Shown piece after piece: positions 36,687-50,062 of a DNA stretch of 64,000 bases (position 1 is its first letter; every line of letters starts with the position of its first letter). The DNA comes from Macrostomum hystrix (lineage: Eukaryota; Animalia; Platyhelminthes). The stretch spans positions 1,550,001-1,614,000 of the forward strand of contig CATNEN010000033.1 of assembly GCA_950097015.1 (NCBI GenBank). Direction: 5' to 3'. Under the pieces are notes generated by a model. It was not told the origin of the DNA. It did no database searches and worked only from the letters and a program-made list of their open reading frames with translations. The translations under genes and the position numbers were made by a program.

Positions 36687-38524
36687 ATGGCTGTCTGCCT
36701 AGTCAGCGCTAGCGAGTCCTCAAGAAGACGTGGCAGCGTCGGTCGCTGCCACGAGTGCACCAAGGAATTGGACGGCTCCAGCGGTAGCAGCGCCAACGAC
36801 CTGGAAGCTACTGACGTGGTTGAGGAGGCTGAACCGCTGCCCGAGAGCCGGCGCCAGCCGTCACCAAGGCTGCTGTCGCGCAGGCCGTCTGTGACGCAGG
36901 TGCTGCGCCCGCTGCCAACGCTGGGGCGCAAGCTGGTGCTGCACTTCGATGCGCGGAACACCATCTTTGTGGCCGACTTGTTCTCGCGTATCACGGTGGA
37001 GATGGCGTTGAATACCTACATTTCCGGAGTGGTGTGGGGTGAGCGGTCGCTGCTTCAAAGCAAATTTCGCACATTTTTTCACATTTTCGTCTTACACACT
37101 AAAGCTACTCGTACATTGTCTAGAAGCTGTCATAAAATATAACATTCAGTTTGCTCCTAGAAGACTCGCATGTTGACGCAATCACAGCTACGAAGTAGGT
37201 CGAGTTTACTTTAATCTCAAAGCAACACTGAAGTTTCTCTGATTTCCGTCTGTCAGGCGAGGAGCAGGAGGACGGCGGCTGGCACTGCATCAGCGACGCG
37301 CCGTCTCTCTACCCGCCAAGGCCTGGCGTCACGTCGCTCTACAAGCTGTTCGAGCGGGCGATAGTCCGTGTGCCGGAGGACCGTCAGCGGCTGAGGGAGA
37401 CTCTCGGAAACTTCACGGAGCAGCCGCATGGCAAGCGGTTCAGGCGCCTCTTCCAGGAGAAGCTGCATCGTCTGCGTTGGCCGCACGATGCTGTGGACGA
37501 GCGCCTGACGGTGACGGGACACGACGGGTCGGCCTATCACTACCTTCTGCCGTCCTTCCTCAATCTCGTGCAGGCGTTGGAAGCCTCCGGCCGGCCGTTC
37601 TGCGTTGTCATTCGCACCTTCGGCAGGGACGCGCCGCACATCCTCAATGCGCTGGACGTCCTGGCGAAGGGTCAGCATCCGGGATATCCTCGACCGTTGG
37701 ACATGAAAATTAACCTTCAGCCGGAGCGCTTTCAGCGTCTGGGAGCGGACAGCTTCCGCTACGTGCGCAGCGACGGAGTCGAACTGACCCAGGAGAGACA
37801 GGTGTACGATCACTGGAGCTCATCCAATGGCGCAATGGCTGTGGTCGATGATTTCGCCTTCTGGCAGGTGAGAATGCTTGCGGTGGTTCATTGGGGACAG
37901 CTACACACAATGTAGTAATGGATCAACTGAGATACTGAGCACGGGTGGTTAAATATGCCCCGACTTTCTCATCGTCTCATCGTCGAGTACACTCACACTG
38001 TTGCAGGGGAAATTGCATTAATAGGCTCGGATTGCACGACATTAATCGGACACACTAACGCTCAGCCAATTAACCTCCTTGACAAAGACCCATTGTGGAG
38101 GTCCAACAACACAAATATCTTCCCACTTTGGGCCCCAAAAGTCAAGCGTCTATTACCACAAGAGCCTAATAATATTCACCAGAAATTCTCCCGCTGCTTC
38201 ACTCAGGCCAACAACTACAGCAGTTCCGCCTCCAAGCTGCTCTGGTTCGATCCGAGGGACACGGAGCTTCAGCACATCATCTTCGATGACAACATCCGGG
38301 TGTTCGATCCGGACAGCATCGTTCACTTTCGATCCTTCGAGACGGCGAATGACGCTGGCGTGGACTGCCCGCCCGAGCGGCTGCAGAGCCTCGAGGACAG
38401 CCTGTTCGTCACGGCCGACCTGCTTGAGAGCAGCAGCGATGCGAACTACTTCATTGACAAGGTGCTGCAGTGCGAGAGGAACTATGAGAAGCTGTGCGAC
38501 CAGTTGAACGAGCCAGCCGGATAG
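36687..38524 (+). CDS. Uncharacterised HAD-fold-like protein; exons (36604/36687)-37038, 37257-37867, 38207-38524
   Basis: RKLVLHFDARNTI (HAD motif I-like), VIRTFG, HIIFDDNI (motif IV-like). Junction phases 1 and 0 join in frame. From memory it resembles the uncharacterised family of zebrafish si:dkey-32e6.3 (unverified). 5' end uncertain. Confidence 0.8.
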
Positions 38525-38716
38525 ACCAGTTTGCAGGAGCAGGGCTTCATTCCGCAATCGGCTTATTTTTTCTTGGAACCATTTTACCAAGCACCTTTGA
38601 CTTGGATTGCATTTGTTTCAGCAAAATGGCATCGGAAGATGTGGTTTGTGCCTGTTTAAACAAAAATGTCAAAAAATTTAAATTTAATTTAGATAGCTCG
38701 AAGAATTCCACTAGAC

Positions 38717-39388
38717 CAGGGGTCGGCAAACTTATTAGCGTGCGGGCCACGGACAGAACCTAAAAGACGACAGCGGGCCGCATCAACTGTAGGAATATGA
38801 GAAATGGGAGAAATGAGACACAGGATAAATGAGACAAGGGAGGGATAAAACAGAAAAAATGAGACAGGGGAGAGATGAGTCAGGCGAGAGATGAGACAGG
38901 GGAGAGATGAGACAGGGGAGAGATGAGACAGGGGAGAGATGAGACAGGGGAGATATAAGACTGGGGAGAGATGAGACAAGGGAGAGATGAGACGGGAGAT
39001 ATGATACAGGGGTGAGATGAGACAGAGAATAGATAAGACAGGGGAGAGACGAGATAGAGAAGGGATAATACAGGGGAGATATGAGACAGGGGCGAGATGA
39101 TACAGGGAAGAGATGACACAGGGAAGAGATAAGACAGGGGAGAAATGAGACAGGGGAGAGACGAGACAAGGAAGAGATGAGACACATGAGAGATGAGACA
39201 CAGGAGAGATGAGTCTCAGGAGAGATGAGACACAGGAGAGATGAGTCTCAGGAGAGATGAGACTCAGGAAAGATGAGACAGGGGAGAGATCAGATACGAT
39301 ACTAATAGGTGTTGGAAGGGGTAAGGGACCGGATTTGGGAGCTTCGAGGGCCGCATCTGGCCCGCGGGCCGGAGTTTGCCGACCCCTG
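38717..39388. mobile_element. Non-autonomous hAT (Charlie/Buster-type) element, 672 bp, carrying an internal 16-bp minisatellite
   Basis: Perfect 15-bp TIRs CAGGGGTCGGCAAAC / GTTTGCCGACCCCTG; perfect 8-bp TSD CACTAGAC (38709-38716, 39389-39396) with central TA; internal (GATGAGACAGGGGAGA)n. Confidence 0.93.
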
Positions 39389-40746
39389 CACTAGACTGAC
39401 TGATTTCTTCGGGAAATGACACAGCTTGAAGCGGCGTGGTCGCATTGACTCTGAAGCATTAGGTAGTTTAGTCCATCAGCGTCATCTCGGAGCGAGTCAC
39501 TTCAACTCCATTCCATTTGCTTTCTATTTTCCTCTCTCACAAAAACATGAAACTTTTATTGATTTTAGACTTCATTCGATTTGTTATAACTGTTGTCATG
39601 TTGCGATGAAGCTACCCATTTAACAGATGAGAATACCTTAGCTCATGTACACAACACCTCAGGCTCAGCAGTCTGTGATACGCCTACATTAACACTGCTT
39701 TGTTATATCGATCTGTGACTGACCTCCGTTTGAAATCTTCATAACTATAGCGCCCATCTGGCATTGCCGCATTGCTGCTGTCGTGTTTTACTTGCGAGTT
39801 TAGTCAGATTTTAGTTTCAACTGTCGTTTTGTTTTTTTTCTTTAGATAGCACTGCATCTTTACAGCAGAGATAGGAAGGCGCCTGTGTTGTCCGCGCCCA
39901 TAGTCTGCTCATGAGGTAGAAATGCATCTGAGACGCCATTCACGCACACAGAACCCACCTGTGCAATCTCTGTCACCCGCGCCTATATATAAAGTGTCCT
40001 GCCCATTTTTGATGTACCGAGCTCCACCTCAGTGTCTTAAGTGCAGAGCTGACACTTCGCATCGAAGCTGCCGTTTCAAAATTATTCGTTGCTTAATTAC
40101 AGAATAGAATATTTTTTGTCTTGAGAATGCAGACTAAACAATTAGAGCAGTGCCTCGTAGATTTAGGAATGATTAATTCGCACTCTTTTGTGTTGACTGA
40201 TTAACTGAGTACAATCTCAAACGCAAACGCTTCGGTTAGACCGGCAAATCCTTCAGTCCGAATGACAAATTAGACCGAGCAATCGAAACTTTTATCACTA
40301 GAAAAATACTGGCGACAGGCTTAGCCGACAACCTCAAAATGGGGGTCAGAGAGCACTGCTCGCACTGCTCGTACTCGAGTTAATTATCCGAGGTGCAACC
40401 ATATCAATAATTTATCTACCAAAAGCCATTGACTGAGTCACGCCAAGCTGTGCAACCCGTCAAAATGTGCCAATCAGGCAACAAAACATTTCCGTCGGAG
40501 TACCATGCGTTTGAAATCGTTTTAAACAAAAAATATGTAATTTCAATTGTCAAATTTGCCATTTTAAATAATTTACACAAAATTAACACATGAGTTTGCC
40601 AGTTCGGTTGGAAACATTGGCTTTCAAGAGAATATCACAGAGGAATTTCAAGTGAGTCCACTAAATAGCATTAAAACTTAGAGTTCATAGTGACGTCAGC
40701 AGTGAGTTCATGGTTGTATTCAATCAACCTCGCTGGCAAGTTTCTG

Positions 40747-43700
40747 CTACTGTACTTCAGCGGGCTGCTGAGCCCCCGACTCCGACTGCTGCACCCGCTG
40801 ACCTCGCATCAGAACGTCCATCTGCGACGTCAGGAACGATGTGATCCCCTCCAGATTGCGCCGAATCTCCGAGTCCAGGATCTGCGTCTTCTGAAGGTTC
40901 TCCCTGGAGGAAGTTTGTGCGGGGAATTACTGCTGTCATTACTGTGGGAGAGTGCGCGAGAGTGACTGCAGACCCAGCGGCGTGTGAGGTAGAGTGAGTG
41001 ACTGCAGACCCAGCGGCGTGTGAGGTAGAGTGAGTGACTGCAGACCCAGCAGGGTGTGAGGTAGAGTGAGTGACTGCAGACCCAGCGGCGTGTGAGGTAG
41101 AGTGAGTGACTGCAGACCCAGCGGGGTGTGAGGTAGAGTGAGTGACTGCAGACCCAGCGGCGTGTGAGGTAGAGTGAGTGACTGCAGACCCAGCGGCGTG
41201 TGAGGTAGAGTGAGTGACTGCAGACCCAGCAGCAGCGTGTGAGGTAGAGTGAGTGACTGCAGACCCAGCGGCGTGTGAGGTAGAGTGAGTGACTGCAGAC
41301 CCAGCGGGCGTGTGAGGTAGAGTGAGTGACTGCAGACCCAGCAGCGTGTGAGGTAGAGTGAGTGACTGCAGACCCAGCGGCGTGTGAGGTAGAGTGAGTG
41401 ACTGCAGACCTAGCAGGGTGTGAGGTAGAGTGAGGGACACAAGACAAAGTGGACAGGGAAGGGTGTGAGGTCGAGAAAGAGCCAGGATGCTCTCGCACCT
41501 GCCGCGAGACTGCATATCGTCCATCTGCAGCTCGGTGAGTTGCTGCTTGTATCGCAGGTAGGTCTTGAGGGAGAAGTGAGTTTTCTCCTGCAGCCGCTTG
41601 CCCTGCTTGAGGTCTCGCACAGCCTCCTCGCGGCGCAAGATCTCATTCAGCAGGTCCAGCAGGTCCTCTTTCATGCGGAAGCCTTCGTTCTGTCTCGCCC
41701 GATAATCGCCGGCAAGGCGCCTGTTTTCCTCCAGCGCTGCCCGGTACTCACTCTGAAAAAGGTGGATTGCGTGCGCGTTTTATGCTACTGCTGTGGTTGC
41801 TAGGTAGTAGGATGTACGCGTTTTTTTGTTAAGCCCTGAGGCAAGAAAAAAGTTACATTTTCTGCGAATTCTCTCATTCAACATCGGCGATCCCACCCTG
41901 AAAGACACCCGACACCACTGCAATTCCGGCACCTCGAGACACCTCCAACCACTGCGATTCTTACCCCTAGAGACACCTCCAACCACTGCGATTCTTACCC
42001 CTAGAGACACCTCCTACCACTGTGATTCTTACCCCTAGGGACACCTCCTACCACTGCGATTCTTACCCCTAGGGACACCTCCTACCACTGCAATTCCTAC
42101 CGCTAAAGACCTAGAGACACCTACCACTGCGATTCCTGCACCTTGAGACACCCGCGACCTCAGCTATTTCCGCTCTTAGAGACTTCACTAGAGCCTGGTC
42201 AATACTGACCTCCAACTGCCGCAGGGTCTCACGTCGGTTCTCCTGCAGTCGGCGGTGCTCGTCGGCCCGCGAAGCCATGCGAGCCTGCACGGCGGCCAGC
42301 TGGGCCTTAAGAGTGTCGTCGCTACGCACGGATTTGGATAGCTCGTGAGTCAGCTGCTGCATCTGGTCTCTGTGGGGTTTCAGTGTTACAAGTAAGTTTA
42401 TGCTTTCCCATATGACACGGAATACCCTCGCATTCACGATGTTCTAGGCTCTAGAAGTAGAAAGGCTTTGACCTCGTGATCCGTAGGAAAATGTTGGAAG
42501 GCAATCTTTGCTTAAAAATGCATCGAGGACTAAAAATGCACAACTCACAGAAACAGTTTATAAAAATCTCCCATACACCATATTCTCAAATGCAAACATT
42601 GCGACTATCTGTCGGGGACTCACAATTAAGGAATTTCTTAAGTAAGAACTGACTTTAGCTATCTCTTCAATATATATTTCAGAATTTTGGCCCTTAAATA
42701 TCTTCCCACCGGTTGCAAGTTCAGTGTTCTACTTTTATCGGTTGTTGGCTCGAATTAGATTGGACTTCAACGAGTTAAACAAGATTTCTCTATCCCTCAA
42801 TTGCACTTGATTGGCTGGTTAGGAGTTGGACGAGATTTCTCTACTCCTCCATTGATTTTGATTGGCTAAAAAAATCCAACCCCGTCATCCGGCTCACTCC
42901 AGCAGCCGAATAGCGTCCGTGAACTTTAGCTGCGTCCGCTTAATCATGCCAGTCTGGTCGTAGATGTCGTGAATCTTCTTGTTCATCATATCAATCTGCT
43001 TGTCCAGATCTGCTAGCCGGGTGCAAAGCCGGTCCACCTCCGCCTTCTCGGCTTCGTGCTTCGGCCGCAGCTCGCCAATCCGGGCGTCCAGCCGCGCCTC
43101 TGTCTGGCGCCGCTCCTCCAGCAGGTCGTCCAGCTCGCGTTGTAGGGCATCGGCTACGGCGCACTTCTCGGCTGATTCGGCCCGCAGCTTTGCAACCTTT
43201 TGGCGCATCTGCGAGACCAGGACCTCCATCTTCTCGGCCATCTTTTTTAGCTTGGCCTTCTTCACCTGTTGTTGTTTGGGATGTTCATGAGTGATTGCGC
43301 TTCAAGAAGCCTGCAATATTTCCCTACACAGTCAGTAACTAATAAATGCATGCTTTACACAAGCCAAATCTGCTCACCTTGGCCTCGACCTTGGACTTGC
43401 CCAAGTCCCTGGTGTCCGTCTCGATGCGCACGATCAGCCGCTCGCGGGTGGCGATCTCGTCCTGCACCTGCTTCTGCAGCTGGGCTATGGAGGCCTTGAG
43501 CGAGTCCTCGACAAACATCACCTTCTTCTCTTCGCTCTCCAGCTTCTTGGCCACATTGGAGTGCTCCTGCGCGACCTTGCTGAACTCCTCCAGAATGCGC
43601 AGCATCTCCTCCTGGGTGCGCTCCAGCTCCGCCTCCATCCGGGCCAGGTTCTTCTCGTCGTCCACCTTTTGACGCTCGCTATGTAAAATAAAGAAAATAA

Positions 43701-46193
43701 ATAATTGTCTTAACCTGGGGATATTTGAAGCTACTTGCAGCGTTGACCTACCAGTCCTTCAGGCGGTCCTCCATGTCTTGCAGCTCAGTGGCGTGCTCGT
43801 CCGCTTCCCGACGCAGGAAGATGTACCGGTCCTCACTGTGGTCCACTGCCGCCTGCATCTCTGCCTTCTGAGCCTCCTGATTAGCTTTCTGTTGAGGACG
43901 TTGAGGTGCACGCGGGTTGGATTGCTAACTAACGTAAGTAATAATTGGTCAGCATGTGCACAGAGAGATGAAGAAGCATTTTGGTGCGAGTGGCACACTA
44001 AACGTTCACAGTCAAAGATAGGAGCCGTTGTTACAAAACTCAGCAAGTCTCATTGGCAAGACGTTGAAAGGCACGTACCAGCTTTTCGTGATTGTCCTGA
44101 GTCTGGTAAAGCTCCTCGTCCAGCAGGCGAGTCTGGTGCTCTTCGTATCGCAAAGTCTTTGTCAGCTCGTCAACGCTTTCCTGTAGTTTCTTCTGTCGCT
44201 CGTACGCGGCGGCGTTCTTCACTCGCAGCTCATCGATTCCCTGCTTGTTCTCGCGGTTCTTCTCCTTGGACGTGACAATACGCTCGCACAGATCAACGAA
44301 CTGCTCTTCGCTCTTCTGAACAGCGTCGCGCGCCTTCTGCAGATTGTCGGTGGCCTTGTCCACCTCGGCCTTCATGCGAGCTCGCTCCTGATTGGCCACG
44401 CCGTGCGCGTCCTTGTTCTTCTTTTCCACGCGGTCCAGCTTCTTGCGCGTTTCCTGCACCTCTTTGCGCGTCTGTGGTAAGATGGTGCAATAGAATAATT
44501 ATCAGGCGATCAGTGCGGGCTTCGATCACGTTCCAAGCTTCAAGTTCAAAAAAGCTGAACCAAGACAGCTACCGCTTGTTTAATCGCAAACCCTTATTTT
44601 GCAATCACCTATTAGGCTAATGTAGAAAGAAAACTTGAATAAATAAATAAAATAAAATAAAATAAATAAACTTTGACCTCTGTGAAAGTCATCAACAAGT
44701 CTTACATCATCTCCTTCCTCTTTGATGGTGACAATTTTGCTGAGCTCCAGCTGAAGCTTCTCCCTGACCAGCGGGCTGCAAGTTGGCAAGTTCAAAATCG
44801 GTAAGGGAGTGCCATTCAGTGTTCTATGTTGAAAATCATTTTTATGAGTTAACACCCAACGCTTAGAGTTAAACTTGGCGGCCTAAGCTCTATCCTCCTG
44901 ATCGATGAGCTTGACTTGAGCATCACTCACTCGTGCACCCGAATATAGGCCATCTCCTCTTTAATCTCCTCGTTCATGCGGACACTTTTTGCGTGCCGGC
45001 GTCGACTCTTCTCCAGTGTCTTCCGCTTGCTCTGCACGTGCCAGTTCAGCTCGGCGATGTCCTCGATGCAGGCCTCGTGCTCTGACAATCGGCGGATAAA
45101 TTGTGTCAATTGAAATCTTATTTATCAATTCTTTAAAAATTAATTTATTTATCAATTTCAGATTTTTTCGGTCGCATTGCACTTAATGGAGACTTTTAGC
45201 CCAGTGATTTTAGATTCTAACTTCTAACTGAGACTGCGGGACCTCGATTCTTAGTCCAAGGGAGCCCATTTCTGTGTCCTGTTTGAGCAAGACGTTAAAT
45301 TCCTCAAATATAATTTCAGCACACCCAGCAATAAAACGTTTAATCAGCACTAGCTGAGTTAGAGACTAGGGTGGGTGTGGCGGCCTACTGGAGTGCCGCC
45401 TTATTGCTGCGCCACTGACTGAACATCTGACCCAACTAGGCTCAGTGCCGTTTCTACTCGTATCTCTGTTAAAATGTTGGTTCTACAGCGCTTAAACATC
45501 CTACTGCATCCACGCAGCCGACTCACCCGCCTGTACTGCCACCGGCATTTGCAGCAGCTTCGCCTCGCTGAGCCTATCAATGCGGGAGGCCAACTCGATG
45601 ACTTTTCCCCGCTCCAGACGGATATCTTCCTCAGCCTGCAGTCGATCATTCTCCAGCTTCACCATTAGCTGCATCACTTCCTGAACTACTTCTTCGGCAC
45701 CCAGGTACGGTACGCCAGGATCGTCTTCGTAGTAGACGAAGCTCGGCTGAGGAGGTTGCTGCTGACCGACGCCAACAACCTCCAGCGGAGCCTGTTTTGC
45801 AGACGCTGATGTGCCAGTCGTCGAGGCCAACTTCCCAGTAGCTGGGACACTTTTAGCCGACGTAGCAGACGACTTCACGGTGCCAAGAGACTTCCCGCTG
45901 CGCAGCGCTGGCTGAGAAATCTGCGACGGTGTCCGCTGGGCCATCCAATCTTCAATGGCATTCTGAAGCAGCTCCATATGCGCCTGGGCTTTGTTCACTG
46001 ATGTGTGCGTGACGCTTGTGAACTCCAGGTTGTTGTAGTAGCGCTGGCGTGGCCGATTCGGGAGGGGCCACTCCTCCGGTAGCACTGGGACCAGCGCGCG
46101 GCTCTCGCTGGTGCTACTGGCCTTGTTTTCAATGCCGGCTTTCTCCATGGAGCCAGTGCTAACTACTGAGGCCTCCACTGGGACAAGAGCCAT
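40747..46193 (-). CDS. CCDC178: Coiled-coil domain-containing protein 178; 10 exons: 46193-45527, 45081-44931, 44775-44706, 44471-44079, 43888-43752, 43678-43378, 43265-42898, 42369-42210, 41752-41499, 40903-40747
   Basis: LENDRLQAEE...MPVAVQAEHEACIEDIAELNWHV matches the remembered CCDC178 block (LPLAVQKEHEAYLSDVIELQWHL); long heptad coiled coil; all junction phases consistent. Confidence 0.8.
40962..41450. repeat. 36-bp minisatellite (~13 copies) filling the last CCDC178 intron
   Basis: GTGAGGTAGAGTGAGTGACTGCAGACCCAGCGGCGT repeated. Confidence 0.95.
41935..42150. repeat. 34-bp minisatellite (~6 copies) in a CCDC178 intron
   Basis: CCACTGCGATTCTTACCCCTAGAGACACCTCCTA repeated. Confidence 0.88.
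45197..45400 (+). mobile_element. Degenerate tRNA-derived SINE copy in CCDC178 intron 1
   Basis: TAGCCCAGTG A-box, CTCGATTC B-box-like, TGTGTCCTGTTTGAGCAAGAC, CACCCAGC, AGCACTAGCTG...GTGGGTGTGGCG shared with the 51474 copy. Confidence 0.6.
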
Positions 46194-47801
46194 ATTTAAC
46201 TACAGTTTTTACAGTCTTTCGAACAAATGAAGCTGAAAATAGTTTTGCGCTTTTTAATATACTACGCGCTAGTTAATAATACTATTGCATTTATGACATT
46301 AAATAATTCCTAGTAATTCCTAAAATATTCTAATTGTTATCTCAGTATCTGAAGTTCTTCTATCAGCTCTGACTTTTCGCAAGCCTTGAGGCTTTTAGTT
46401 TTTTTATTTTAGCTGCTTATAGTTTATATGATTTATGCTAGAAAACCGAAATGCTAAGAATAATAGAAAATTTGAGACATGGCAATACTTTTTTCTATTT
46501 TATGAAGTCAATAAAATTAGAGGTTTCGAAGAAAACTTTTACATTGTAGGGAGCTTACGAATGTTTTTATTTATTACTTTGTTACAAATACTTTAAAGCG
46601 TAAGATTTCTTCACTAAATGCTGCAGCACCCTACTAAATAAAAACATAAACTGCTTTTTCTACTGACTTTTTAGAATCTTATAATAATTAAACTAACTTC
46701 ATTCTTCATACCATGAAATTATCAAATATATAATTATATATTTAGTAATTAAAAAGACAATAAAGAACCCTGATAAAGTACAGCTGAAAGTTGTGGTAAA
46801 CAACTTTTTTTAGATCTTGATTGCCTTTTTGTAATAACATCCGTTGTAACTTTGCTATCTTGTATTTAAAAAATTGAACAGTGGAGCGCATGTTGAAAAG
46901 TCTTTAGCCGCAAAAAAGCAATCAATAAATATTTGTACTAGTAAATCACTTTTAGGAAAAAACTCTTGCCTTTTTATTTCGCACTTTTTTTGCACATTGT
47001 ATAATACATTGCTACAAAATTTTTATATAGTTTGGTTTTACTTTATAAGACTAAGCGTGCGCGTGAATATGGAATTCTTTATCATTCGCGCCCTGTACAC
47101 ATGAAAACTTATATTCGCTTTGTTTATTGTGCAGCTCTATTGCTATATTTGTGTATTTTTGGCATTCCCTCAATAATTGTGTAAGATTTTCAGTTAAAGT
47201 GTAATGCAAATAATATAAATAATATTAATAATATACTTTTAAATGCTTTTATCCTCCTTCAAAATAAGATCTGTCTGATGAAGAATAGACCTATACCTTG
47301 AGCATATCATTACATACTTTTAGCTACAGGCTCTTTATTAGGAGTATTAATGTTAGGATAGTTAGCATAGTTTCTGTTTCCTGCTCAAAATTATTTGAAC
47401 ACATTTAAAGGAATGCTTAATTACCTATTAATTGGAACCTAACCACCAATAGGCCAACATGATAGAAAGTACCTGGGCCCCCAGCAAGTCCAAATTTTGT
47501 GCCATGCATGAAACTAGCAACAATCTGTTTGAGACATACTTCAGGGAATTCATATGGTGCTAGGTCTTCTGCAAGCATCAGTTTGGCAATATATTGTATT
47601 GGATTAGGCCCCCCTACACATTATTATCCACTTATTTGACTTAATTGCCATGAATTGATTTGTGCTTTACTCTTTTGGCTAATAAGAGTTTTTAAGAGTG
47701 TTAAAATACCTTAATATAAATTTAGAGTGGGAATCCAAAACAGTGGAGTCTATGCCCTTTATTAATATAAATATAAAATGCTATATAATATTACACCATG
47801 A

Positions 47802-48318
47802 CTAGGGACATGGCGGCCGTGCCTCTAACTCTATGTCTAAGGACACGGCCGCCGTGTCCCTAGCTACTGCGCTACTCTGTGCCTAGAGCCATGGCGGCAT
47901 GCTGCTAAGTATACTGCATACATGCATTATCATCAAGGGCTGCCTTAATTCCTTGGCTTACAGCCTTTTTACATGCAGTGGCAAAACTAGGATTTTGAAA
48001 AGGGGAGATAAATGGATTTGGGCGAAAATTGGAGAAGTGAAGAAACAGCCTATTTGACCAAAAGACTAACTCGGATCCAGGACACAGTATATACTTGTGA
48101 GTTTTAGTATATTGGAAAAGATTGATCAACACACTATTTGACCATCTTTATGGACACCAATGGCGACATTTGAGCTACCTACATACATGTATTGAATCAT
48201 GTTGCATTTAAAGCCCATTGTTCATAGACAACCGCCATGCCCCAGGCATGTGAATGGTAGATTACTAGGAACACAGCCTCCGTGTCCCCATACACAGAGC
48301 TAAGGACACGGCTGCGAT
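47802..48318. mobile_element. MITE-like element with ~90-bp imperfect, hairpin-containing inverted termini
   Basis: 47802-47900 aligns to the reverse complement of 48230-48318; left terminus contains a 20-bp stem hairpin. Confidence 0.5.
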
Positions 48319-50062
48319 AATATGAATATGTTCTATAAACTTTAATAGTTGTTTCAATGCTAAGATATAAGTCCTAAAACATTTTTTCTTTTTACTTTGT
48401 CTTTAGTAACAAGGCCTTGTTAATTATAATATAGTTTATTCTATTGAATAATTTAATATTCAATCTTTCAGTTCAAACAATTAAACTATGTACTTGAATA
48501 GGGGCTGCAGTGAGAAATTTAAAAAAAATCCATTTTTTTTGGTTTTCTTGTGTTACAGATCTTGCTTGTCTGAGTTAATAGACACCTCACTCATCAAAAT
48601 TGGTCAAGTAATAAAAAAGTTATAACAATTTTTGATCAACATTTTTGTTGCTTTTGTAATGTATTTTTCCCATAAGGGGCTGTGATCCAGATGACCAGAT
48701 AGATTTGACTAGAAAACAAAAAAATTGCAATAACTTATTTATTTTTTAAATGGATTTTAAAAATTTCAAAGCACATAGTTCATTTTTTAGTTATCTACGC
48801 TATGGAATATATATATCTTCTATTAACACTTAGTATTAAAGTATTAAATTTCAATTTTACATTGAATAGGATTACTATGCTGACAAGACATGTTTATTTG
48901 TTTACAATATAAAACTCTTTTGGCTTTAAAGAAGTGGCAAAGCCATACCTATTCCATAGCTTAACAAATAGATGGCGCATAGACATCAGTTTACTATTTA
49001 CAGTCAATTGAAAAAGCCATCTGAAATGCATAAAGGGGGTACATTAGAGAAACATGTTTCCAGGAGATTCCGCTAAAGGAAAATAAAAAGGTTTGAGTAT
49101 ATCATATTCTACATAAAATTCTATGTAAACTTTTAATGGGATACACTTGTAAAACACTATACCTAAACAATGATGAAAAAAGAAAAAGAAAATTTCAACC
49201 AAAAAAATTGCAAAGTAAAAAAACATTCTACTAAAAAGAATTGTTAATATAGATTTTGATATCCTATTTCTTAATTTTTAATTTGTTTATAATTTATATC
49301 AGTATGAATGCATTAGTCAAATTTTTAAGTTCTATGTAAGGTACTTTAAAAAAGGTAGCAAGCTTTAGCACCATATAACTTTTTGTTTTTGCACTAATTG
49401 TAGAGTATAAGCACTTCTTGTAAAGTTAATTTTATCTTCTTTCTATTGATTGTAGGCTTTATTTTCTAAACATAAAATTTATGTTCTTTTTTTCATTAGA
49501 ACATAGCATTGTTTTTTATTTTTTCTGTTTTTTTGCTCACTAGAGTCCCTAACTTGAACAATATTATAGAGCAATAAATACCAATATACATATGTTAGCA
49601 AACTAAACTTATAAAAAATGGAACTTGGTAAGGCCTAATTTGACTTACTTTCTGTATATAAAATAGATTGAATTTGGCCCTTCAACAAGTTTTTGAATTT
49701 GTCTAGGCAATAAAATAACACAATTTTTTGGGCAGCTAAAGTTTGTGTCCTGAAGTATGCTTTGTGAGACACCTAGCCTGGGGGTAGAGTGTATATGCTT
49801 GCATGCATGCTGGTGGGTTGTTTTATAGTTTTTGCTTTGGTACAAGTGTTTTGTTTTGTTATATCAAGTATATTTGTATGACCAATTACTTTATTTATTT
49901 ATAAGTTAATAGTGAGCAGGATGTATTGCATACCTGTCTACATTACCAAGCAGTTTATTTATAAAATCAAACTTTTATTCTAAATCCACCTACTGTAACG
50001 AAAGTAAATTTCTTAAATTGAATTGAATAAAAATTCCAATTGCAGACAGTCTCTTGGCAAAA

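Noticed and set aside
47265-47300. CTGATGA hammerhead-like core
   Set aside because: No downstream stem II plus GAAA and no flanking helices found.
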